44,244 nucleotides of DNA. Source: an uncultured archaeon (GTDB lineage: Archaea > Micrarchaeota > Micrarchaeia > CABMEP01). Below are positions 28,680-36,557 of the stretch, piece by piece. The translations under genes and the position numbers were made by a program. The notes under the pieces are model-generated. The model did no database searches. It saw only the letters and a list, made by a program, of their open reading frames with translations, and had not been told where the DNA came from. Each line of letters begins with the position of its first letter. Within the stretch, counting starts at the first letter, position 1. The DNA lies in the NCBI GenBank assembly GCA_902385155.1, contig CABMEP010000051.1, positions 1 to 44,244 on the forward strand. Reading direction: 5' to 3'.

Positions 28680-29415
28680 GAAGTACATCAATGACAGGAT
28701 GAAGAAGGAGAAGCTCCTGTTCGCGCTCATAGACCCGCTCGACTACAAGGACCTCAAGCACGCCACCGACTCCGCGGTCGCGGCCGCCGAGGGCGGCGCC
28801 GCGGTCATTCTCATCGGAGGATCGATCGGGGTGCAGGGAGAGATCCTGGACACTGTGGTCAAGGCGGTGAAGGCCCGCACCAAGGTGCCGGTCGTGCTCT
28901 TCCCGGGCAACATCGCGACGCTCACGAAATACGCTGACGCGGTCTACTTCATGTCGCTCCTCAACTCAAGGAATGCGTACTGGATCAGCCAGGCGCAGAT
29001 GCTCGGCGCACCCGTAGTCAAGGATCTCGGCATAGAGCCGCTGCCCATCGGCTACATCGTAGTGGAGCCAGGAGGATCGGTAGGATGGGTCGGCGACGCC
29101 AACCTCGTGCCGAGGGACAGGCCGAAGATCGCTGTAGCCCTCGCGCTCGCGGGACAGTACATGGGATCGCGCTTCATACTGATGGACGTCGGATCGGCGT
29201 CCAAGATAGGCCATGTGCCGCTCGAGATGGTCGGCGCGGTCAAGAGGTACATCGATGTCCCGCTCATCGTCGCGGGAGGGATCAAGACCCCTGAAGAGGC
29301 CAAGGCGGTCGCGAAGGCGGGCGCCGACATCATCCAGATAGGCACCATGATAGAGAAGAGCGCGGATGTCAAGTCCCTCTGCCAGAGGATCGTGAAGGAG
29401 ATCAACTCCCCGTGA
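28657..29415 (+). CDS. Geranylgeranylglyceryl phosphate synthase family protein
   Basis: LIDP, GGS, LFPG, FMSLLNS.N..W, GYIVVEPG..VGWVG, PLIVAGGI. Confidence 0.9.
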   Translation: MAMSNKIEKYINDRMKKEKLLFALIDPLDYKDLKHATDSAVAAAEGGAAVILIGGSIGVQGEILDTVVKAVKARTKVPVVLFPGNIATLTKYADAVYFMSLLNSRNAYWISQAQMLGAPVVKDLGIEPLPIGYIVVEPGGSVGWVGDANLVPRDRPKIAVALALAGQYMGSRFILMDVGSASKIGHVPLEMVGAVKRYIDVPLIVAGGIKTPEEAKAVAKAGADIIQIGTMIEKSADVKSLCQRIVKEINSP

Positions 29416-29464
29416 TCCCGGCGCCAGGCTAATCCTTTAAGAGACTGCCGTCAAATGGGTAGCG

Positions 29465-30688
29465 ATGGCAATCGGAACGATGGACATCGTGCTGCGGATT
29501 CTTGCGGCCACAGCCCTGGGCGGGCTTGTCGGCTCCGAGCGCGAGAGGATGCTCAAGCAGCACACCGCCGGCCTGAGGACGTTCGCATTCGTCACCATGC
29601 TCGGCGGTCTGGCGGGCGTCGCCATCGAACTGGGGATACCGTTCGCCGAGCTGTTCCCGATAATCGGATTCGCGGCGATAGTCGCCTATTCCTACTTCAT
29701 ATACAGGGAGAAGGGCATCGAGGCGCTCGGCATGACCACGCTGTCCGTGATGCCCATCATGTACCTGATCGGACTCATGTCCGGGATAGGCATGCTGGGA
29801 GAGGCGGCCGCGATAGAATTCATGGTGCTCGCCGTGCTGCTGGCGGGAAGGTCGCTGCACAAGGCGGTCGACACCCTCGACGAGAAGGAGATCAACGAAG
29901 TCATACAGTTCGGGCTCATACTGTTCGTCGTCTTCCCGCTGCTGCCGTCGACCCCGGTGGTGATAGACGGGATATCCATAGACTTCATGCTGCTGTTCGG
30001 GTTCGTCCTCCTCGTCTCCATGCTGAACCTCCTCGCGTTCCTCGTGCACAGGGTATTCAGGACCGAGACGAGCACCCTCACCGGTTTCATAGGCGGAGTG
30101 ATCAACTCCAGCATCACCATCCACGACATCGCGAGGAGCAAGGAGGAGAAGAGCGCCGGGCGGGCGAGCGGCGCCACCGCGGCCATGCTCGGGAGCATAG
30201 CGAGGAACACGCTGCTCGCCGCGGTCGTGATGCCGGACATATTCACGGTCCTGCTGCCCCTGTTCGCGATCATCGGTTCGGTCATGATCATCCTCATGTA
30301 CATAGAGAGGAGAGAGTCGAAATCGCTCCTGGAAGTGGAGCACAACTTCACGGTGATCAACGGACTGAAGCTGGCCGGCATGCTCCTGGTGATACTCGCC
30401 GCGTTCCAGCTGATGGCCAATAACTTCCCGGACTACGTGCCCCTCCTCGCGCTCGTGAGCGGGGCGGTGAGCAGCGGATACACCATGCTGTCGCTGGGGA
30501 CGGTATACGCGACGATAGGGGTGAAGGAGACGATCATGTCCGTCGCGCTGACAGTCATAGGCAGTTTCGCCACGTCCACCGCGGTGGCGTACATGTACGG
30601 AACGAGGAGGTTCGGCACCACGGTGCTGAAGCAGTCCCTCGTCGCCGCGGTGCTGCTGCTCGGGTACGTATTGCTGATAGCCGCATAA
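29465..30688 (+). CDS. MgtC/SapB family membrane protein (DUF4010-type fusion)
   Basis: LGGLVGSERE...AGLRTF N-terminal motif, GFIGG..NS, many TM helices. Confidence 0.85.
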   Translation: MAIGTMDIVLRILAATALGGLVGSERERMLKQHTAGLRTFAFVTMLGGLAGVAIELGIPFAELFPIIGFAAIVAYSYFIYREKGIEALGMTTLSVMPIMYLIGLMSGIGMLGEAAAIEFMVLAVLLAGRSLHKAVDTLDEKEINEVIQFGLILFVVFPLLPSTPVVIDGISIDFMLLFGFVLLVSMLNLLAFLVHRVFRTETSTLTGFIGGVINSSITIHDIARSKEEKSAGRASGATAAMLGSIARNTLLAAVVMPDIFTVLLPLFAIIGSVMIILMYIERRESKSLLEVEHNFTVINGLKLAGMLLVILAAFQLMANNFPDYVPLLALVSGAVSSGYTMLSLGTVYATIGVKETIMSVALTVIGSFATSTAVAYMYGTRRFGTTVLKQSLVAAVLLLGYVLLIAA

Positions 30689-30701
30689 CGAGTGCTGATT
30701 C

Positions 30702-31439
30702 TCAATCCGACGCGACAGGCAGCGGCTGCTGCGCGGACTCGCTCCTGCGTGTGGCGAGGACATCCCGGATGAGGCCGTTCGCCTTCTTTGAGACGCTCTC
30801 CACGTAGTCCTCGTCCGCCAGGAAATCGACGTTGGCGTCTATCCATATCGTGGGCGTGTGCGCGGAGATGGAGTGGAACTCCTTCCTGTACTCGTCGATG
30901 AGCCTGCCCCAGTAGTCGTAATCGAGGGCTTCTCCTGTCTTCCTCTTCTTCAGCCGGTCGTTGATGCAGGTGTCCACGCTGATGTCGAGGAATATGATGC
31001 CGTCCGGCCCGTTCAGGCCGTATGTCCGCATCATCGCGTCGCGGTAGTCGCAATAGGTGCCGAACGCGCCGTGGCTGAGCTTGCCGATGTCGTGGAGGTT
31101 CTTGGCGAACACGTAGTCGCCGAATATCGACCTGTCCTCGAGCGCGAGGCCGTTGAACCGCTGTATGTTGGCGCCCATGACGATCCTCGCGTTGAGGTAG
31201 TACATCTGCGACGCCATCGCGTAGACCTCCTTCATGCCGCCCTCGTAGAAGTCCTTCAGGAAGGGGTTCTGGTTCACGCGCTCCTCGAAGAACCGCACCG
31301 GCATGCTCGGGAGGCCGCGCTTGAGGCTGAAGACGAGTGGGGGCTTCTCGAAGAGGGCGCCCAGGTCGGACTTGCCGCTGCCGGAGATGCCCTCTATGGC
31401 GATATGCACCCGTCTCCCGGTCTCTTCTGCTACGTCCAT
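30702..31439 (-). CDS. Deoxynucleoside kinase paralog 3
   Basis: IAIEGISGSGKS, NPFLKDFY, SQMYYL..R, EDRSIFGDYVFA, PDGIIFLD. Confidence 0.85.
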   Translation of the reverse strand: MDVAEETGRRVHIAIEGISGSGKSDLGALFEKPPLVFSLKRGLPSMPVRFFEERVNQNPFLKDFYEGGMKEVYAMASQMYYLNARIVMGANIQRFNGLALEDRSIFGDYVFAKNLHDIGKLSHGAFGTYCDYRDAMMRTYGLNGPDGIIFLDISVDTCINDRLKKRKTGEALDYDYWGRLIDEYRKEFHSISAHTPTIWIDANVDFLADEDYVESVSKKANGLIRDVLATRRSESAQQPLPVASD

Positions 31440-31455
31440 TGTAATCAATCCGGTC

Positions 31456-32223
31456 TCAATACTCGGTCAGCTTAGATTTCTTGGTCTCGCCGCTGCCCCA
31501 TCCCTGCCTGCGCAGCGCCTGCACGATGCGCTCCTCGATCTGCAGGTGGAAGCGCCTCAGGTCCGTCTTGCTGAGGTCGTTGTTCGCGTCTATCCTCACC
31601 AGCTTGTCCCCGAACCTCGGGATGTCGTTGGGCAGGATGTCCTCTATGAGCTCCCTGTAGAGCGTGTGCGTGTTTGTGAGGTAGTCGAGGCTCATCGCGC
31701 TCTCCGACTTCCTCCCCCGCTCCATCACGCGCCTGTACGCCACGCCCGGCTCGACGTCGATGTAGACGAAGACGTCGGGAGTCGGCGTCCTGTTGCGCAG
31801 CTTGGCGTATGTCGCGCAGTAGCTGTCGTAGAAATACTTGGCGATCCCGTCGCCCCCGGGGTCGCCGAAGAGGCCGGAGCGGAAGTCGTTCTCGAAGAAG
31901 ACGTACCTGTTCTCCTCCGGTATGCGCTCCACGATCGCGATCCCGTTGTCCCGGGAGGCCTCGGCCATCTGGTCCGCCCTGGCAGCCAGCATGGCCACCT
32001 CCGCGCCGAAGCACCCGTACCTGTCGCCGCGCTGGAAGGCGGGATAGAACACGGAGGCGGCGATGTCCTTCACGCGCTTCGACTCCTCGTAGACCTTGAG
32101 CTCGCCCGGCGTGATGAGCACGGAGGGCAGCTTGGAGCCGAGGCGCAGCGACTTCATCGACTTGATGAACTCGGATTTGCCTATTCCGATGCCGCCGAGG
32201 ACAGCTACGATCACTTCTGCCAT
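31456..32223 (-). CDS. Deoxynucleoside kinase paralog 2
   Basis: GGIGIGKS, VERIPEENRYVF, PDVFVYID, RRVMERGRKSE, YLTNTHTLY. Confidence 0.82.
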   Translation of the reverse strand: MAEVIVAVLGGIGIGKSEFIKSMKSLRLGSKLPSVLITPGELKVYEESKRVKDIAASVFYPAFQRGDRYGCFGAEVAMLAARADQMAEASRDNGIAIVERIPEENRYVFFENDFRSGLFGDPGGDGIAKYFYDSYCATYAKLRNRTPTPDVFVYIDVEPGVAYRRVMERGRKSESAMSLDYLTNTHTLYRELIEDILPNDIPRFGDKLVRIDANNDLSKTDLRRFHLQIEERIVQALRRQGWGSGETKKSKLTEY

Positions 32224-32228
32224 GAGAA

Positions 32229-33053
32229 TCACTCTGGGCCTGGTTCAGGCTCTTCCTTGGCTCGGCCGGCACTGCCGTTGATCCCGCGCTGCAGCAGTAT
32301 CTTCTTCGCTCTCTGCTCTATGTAGAGGTGGAATTTCTCGAGTTCTTCGGAACTGAAATCCTTGTTCGCGTCTATTATCAGGCACCTGTCCTTGAAATCC
32401 GGGATGATGCTGGGTAGTATCACATCCACTAGCCGCTCGTATAATCCGTGGATCTCGGTAACGTACGCTTCGGTCAGGCCCTGCTCGGATGCGAGCCCGC
32501 CCCCCTTCTTCAGCTCCGCCATCCTCCGGTTGAAGGCAGTCGTCGGCGATGTGGAAAGGTAGATGAACAGGTCCGGCGGCGTCAGCGACTTGACTAGGCT
32601 GTCGAATATCGTGCAGTAATCGTCGAATTGCTCCGGGCTGAGCAGTCCGCCCTTGACCAGGTTCTTGACGAACACGTACCGCATGTCGTACACGCAGCGC
32701 TCCCTGAAGATTATCCCGCCCTGCCTCATGTCCTCCCGCTCTTCCTGGACGGTGCTGCGTAGGATCGCGACCTCGCTCATGAAGAGAAGATCCGATTTAG
32801 TCGTCTGGATGGTCGGGAACTTCTGATTCCCGGTCTGAAACGTCACGTTGTCCTGCTGCAGATATAAAGTCGGATAAAAGAACTTGTCCACGATGTGAAG
32901 CGACCGCGGGGACTCTCTCCTCACGTTCAATTCCCCGGGCATGCTCAACAATGGGAGAAGGTCCAACCCGGTCTTTTTCGTCTCCACGCTATTGAGCAGC
33001 GTGGATTTCCCCCCTCCGATATTGCTCAAGAGCACGATCTTGATCTCAGCCAC
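32229..33053 (-). CDS. Deoxynucleoside kinase paralog 1 (GTG start)
   Basis: SNIGGGKST, RERCVYDMRYVF, PPDLFIYL, YVTEIHGLYE. Confidence 0.8.
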   Translation of the reverse strand: MAEIKIVLLSNIGGGKSTLLNSVETKKTGLDLLPLLSMPGELNVRRESPRSLHIVDKFFYPTLYLQQDNVTFQTGNQKFPTIQTTKSDLLFMSEVAILRSTVQEEREDMRQGGIIFRERCVYDMRYVFVKNLVKGGLLSPEQFDDYCTIFDSLVKSLTPPDLFIYLSTSPTTAFNRRMAELKKGGGLASEQGLTEAYVTEIHGLYERLVDVILPSIIPDFKDRCLIIDANKDFSSEELEKFHLYIEQRAKKILLQRGINGSAGRAKEEPEPGPE

Positions 33054-33289
33054 AGAATCATCCCACGCGCGCGTCCGAGGCCGTACTATGGCATCGACGT
33101 GCGAAACGAAAGCCCTCCCACAGGCCGATAGTATCTGCCCGTTCGGATTTATATTCCTTGTTCATTTTTCGCTGTGGAATGCCGTTTGGATGGGACGGAA
33201 GTGAAAGTTTAAATGCGGAAGCCGCGCGGACAGCCCCGGGACGGATAGCGTTTAATAGATGCGCGGCCAAATCTGGCTGGTGTGGGAAC

Positions 33290-34441
33290 GTGGGTCTTCT
33301 AGCGAGAGTGCCTAAGGGTTCGCCGGCAAAGCGCACGGCGGATGGTTTCGATTTCAGTTCTGTCCCCCAGCTCACGCCCTGGAACGACCGGGCGTTCCGA
33401 AGGATGATCCCGAAGGAAGGGTTCCTGCATGATGACGCCGCGCGGGGAGGGATGACATACGCGCGGACGCACAGGCTGAAGCACAGGATCGTCAGGATGC
33501 CGCTGAAATGGATATACGACGACGACAATCAGATGAGGAAGACCTACGACTGGGAGTACATCCGCCACCTCGCGGACACGGTAGGCGTCATAGGCCTGCT
33601 CCACCCCATCTCGCTATTAGAGGAGATTCCGCACCAGAGATACACGATCATCGCAGGCCACTGCAGGACCAGGGCGGCCTGGCTGCTCGGATGGAACAGG
33701 ATACCCTCGATCGTGTTCAAGGCGCTCAACGAGGAGACGCGCATAGAGATACAGATATCCGAGAACACCTACCAGCCTGTCCCGCCATGGGAAGCGGCGG
33801 AGAAGTACGTGGAGCTGCATGACGGACTGGTCAGGAAATACGGGAAGTTCCCGCTGGCGGAGCTCGCCAGGATCATAGGCAGGAGCCCGAGCGCGCTCAG
33901 CGACGCCCGCGAATTCGTCACGATCAGCCCTTTCGTGAAGGACTGCGTCAGGGACGGCCACTTCCCGTACGGGGGGGCGGTCTGCCTCGCGAAGATAAAG
34001 GCGAACGGAGCCCAGGACGAGATCGCCGTGAACGCCATGAACTCCTGCGGATTCAAGACGTACGGGGACATCCAGAACGAATTCGCCGTGAACGCCATGG
34101 TCAACCATACGCGCGTGCTCGTCAGGCACGTGAAGGCGCTCGTGGAAAGCTACATCATGGCGAAGAACCAGACCTCGATGGAGGAACTCATGTACAAGTC
34201 GAGGGAAGAGGCGGAGAAGGAGATGGCGAACGCGCGGAGATTCCATGTCGAACAGGTGGCCCACCGCTCGATGATGGAGATGCGCGGCTACTGGGAACGT
34301 ATACTGTACCTGCATCGGAAGAACCAAGGGACGCAGTACGACCCCCTGCTCAACGAATCGGTGCGCGAGCGCTTCGGCGAGCTGGAGCAGACGGTCGCTA
34401 AGATACGCGCTGAACTGGACGGGCGCAAGAAAAAGGAATAA
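33290..34441 (+). CDS. ParB/Spo0J-like protein (ParB N-domain plus HTH)
   Basis: QMRKTYD...LADTV..IGLLHPI, YTIIAGHCRTRAA, QISEN, ELARIIGRSPSALS. The GTG start at 33290 is inferred. Confidence 0.82.
   Translation: MGLLARVPKGSPAKRTADGFDFSSVPQLTPWNDRAFRRMIPKEGFLHDDAARGGMTYARTHRLKHRIVRMPLKWIYDDDNQMRKTYDWEYIRHLADTVGVIGLLHPISLLEEIPHQRYTIIAGHCRTRAAWLLGWNRIPSIVFKALNEETRIEIQISENTYQPVPPWEAAEKYVELHDGLVRKYGKFPLAELARIIGRSPSALSDAREFVTISPFVKDCVRDGHFPYGGAVCLAKIKANGAQDEIAVNAMNSCGFKTYGDIQNEFAVNAMVNHTRVLVRHVKALVESYIMAKNQTSMEELMYKSREEAEKEMANARRFHVEQVAHRSMMEMRGYWERILYLHRKNQGTQYDPLLNESVRERFGELEQTVAKIRAELDGRKKKE
34023..34099 (+). repeat. 17-bp direct repeat TCGCCGTGAACGCCATG at 60-nt spacing inside the parB-like gene
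   Basis: Copies at 34023-34039 and 34083-34099. Protein reads QDEIAVNAM / QNEFAVNAM. Confidence 0.85.
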
Positions 34442-34462
34442 AAAAGAAAGAGAGGGCGCGCG

Positions 34463-35386
34463 TTACTCTTCCGTCACTCTTATCATCATCCCTTCCCTAG
34501 CGGCGACGGTGTTCGGGAACTCCCTCTGCGCAGCCTCCTCTATCTTCCTCACCTTCTAGTCGCTGGAGGTCGGGTCGTGATGGAAGAGCACCAGAAGGCC
34601 TGCCTTTGCCCTCTTCGCGATCTTCACTCCTTCCAGCCACGTGGAGTGGCCCCATCCGATCTTGGACGGATACTCTTCCGGAGTGTACTGCGCGTCGTAG
34701 ATCAGTATGTCCGACCCCTTGGCCTGGCCGAGCACAGCGACGTCCATCTCGTTCAGGTGCTCGGTGTCCGACGCGTATGTCGTCACGAAGCCGTTGTGAG
34801 CGATCCTGTAGTTGAAGCAGTCGGACCTCGGGTGCCGGTTGATGTCCGCCCTCACGCTGATGCCGTTGAGCCTGTACGTGGTCGGCTGCAGCTCCTTCAT
34901 CCTGATCCTCGCGCCGAGCTCCGACAGATTGACTGGGAAGTTCGGCGGTTCCATCTGCCCGCGGAGAGTCTCGTTCAGCTTGTATCTCACGCTCTTCGGG
35001 CCGCAGATCAGGAACTGGTTCGCGGGTACGTACGCCGGGACAAAGAACGGGAATCCCTGGATGTGATCCCAGTGCACGTGCGAGAGGAGGATCGTGCCCC
35101 TGTTTCCGAACGTCTGCATCCTCTTCATGAGGTCGAGGCCGAGTTCGCGCAGCCCGCTGCCCGCATCGATGATCATCAGCTGGCGATCGCACTCGAGGCT
35201 GATGCAGGAGGTGTTCCCACCCATTTCCAATGTCTTCTCTCCTGGCGACGGCAGGGACCCCCTCGTGCCCCAGAAACGCAGCGACAGCGAATTCGCGGGC
35301 CCTTCCGCGAGTCCCTCCTTTACGTAGAACACATTTCCGACGGACTTCTCTTGCATGTATTTGGACTGTACAACGATTTTCCTCAT
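34463..35386 (-). CDS. MBL-fold metallohydrolase (PhnP/RNase Z-like), interrupted by an in-frame TAG at 34556-34558
   Basis: FWGTRGS, GGNTSC, DAGSG, SHVHWDHIQG, WGHST, FHHDP. The frame continues after TAG as KVRKIEEAAQREFPNTVAAREGM. Confidence 0.88.
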
Positions 35387-35504
35387 ACCATCATCCTCCT
35401 TTCGGTTGACTGAGCAGATAACGGAATCGGCTCATATTAAACTTGTTCAGGATTTTTTGCAGAATATCCGGATGTTTTAATAATTACTGCGGTTATATCG
35501 GAAT

Positions 35505-36545
35505 ATGTCAGAAAAGAGGGAAGAAACAGCGGAATCGGCCGGATCCAAGCTCCAGCACATAGCGGCAGAGATGAGGCTCAACGCAAAGGACAGGAAGATA
35601 CTGAAGGAGCTGGAACAGAACGCACGGCTCCCTGCCTCGCAGATCGCGAGGAGGACCGGCCTGTCCGTCGAGTCCGCCAATTACAGGCTGAGGAACCTGA
35701 TGGAGCGCGGCATCGTCAGGAGGAACTACGCGATGTACGACCTCCCCAGGATGGGATACAACATCTACCGCATCCTCCTCCAGCTCGAGAACATGCCTGC
35801 GAGGGAGGAGGCGGAGCTGCTGGAACATCTCAGGAACGTCCCCTCCGCGCTGTGGGTCGGCACCGCGAACGGCGCCTGGGACATGCTTACGACCGTCCTC
35901 GCCAGGGACGTGACCGAGTTCAATGGAATAATCGAGGAGATACTCGCGAAGCACGGAAAGCATATCAGGAACAAGGATATCACGATGACGGTGCTCCAGA
36001 CATCAGAGCCGCCGGGGCACATTACGGGGAAGGAGACGAGGATAGGATACCGGACTCCTCCGAAAGAGGCGGCGGACCTCGATGAGACCGACTACAGGAT
36101 AATGACTCTCCTCTACAGGGACGCGCGGATGCCAACCACGGATATCGCAAAGAGCATCGGAGTATCGAGCGATACGGTCCAATACAGGATCAAGAAGTTG
36201 ACGGAAGACAAGATGATCAAGCGGTTCATGTGCTGGATGGACAGGAAGCTCCTCGGATACCAGCACTACAAGGTGCTGATCCGGCTGCAGTTCGCCGCGA
36301 ACGAGCAGAAGAAGCGGCTGATCGCGTACTGCAACAACCACCCGAACATCATATTCTTCGCGTCAATCATAGGATCGTGGGACATGGAGATAGACATGGA
36401 CGCCAAGAGCGCCGCAGACTTCCACGCCATGATGAGGGACCTGAGGAACGAATTCTCAGACATCATCCGGAACTACGAGAGCGTCATCATAATCGACGAC
36501 TACCTCTGCATGCCGGAATTCAGGCCGCCGGCGCAGGGCCGTTGA
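35505..36545 (+). CDS. Lrp/AsnC family regulator with two tandem HTH-RAM units
   Basis: DRKILKELEQNAR...IARRTGLS and DYRIMTLLYRDAR...IAKSIGVS, each followed by a GxWD RAM motif. Start may be 35571. Confidence 0.9.
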   Translation: MSEKREETAESAGSKLQHIAAEMRLNAKDRKILKELEQNARLPASQIARRTGLSVESANYRLRNLMERGIVRRNYAMYDLPRMGYNIYRILLQLENMPAREEAELLEHLRNVPSALWVGTANGAWDMLTTVLARDVTEFNGIIEEILAKHGKHIRNKDITMTVLQTSEPPGHITGKETRIGYRTPPKEAADLDETDYRIMTLLYRDARMPTTDIAKSIGVSSDTVQYRIKKLTEDKMIKRFMCWMDRKLLGYQHYKVLIRLQFAANEQKKRLIAYCNNHPNIIFFASIIGSWDMEIDMDAKSAADFHAMMRDLRNEFSDIIRNYESVIIIDDYLCMPEFRPPAQGR

Positions 36546-36557
36546 ATGGGCCGAATC

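Noticed and set aside
1237..34558. Genome-wide reassignment of TAA/TAG (or pyrrolysine)
   Set aside because: Many conserved genes here end normally at TAA or TAG (cutA, infB, dodecin, the DHH gene). No suppressor tRNA or pyl genes are in the window.
35466..35508. Imperfect palindromes (ATATCCGGATGT, ATATCGGAATAT) upstream of the Lrp gene as operators
   Set aside because: Short and degenerate in an AT-rich promoter. Plausible, but not supportable without comparison to relatives.
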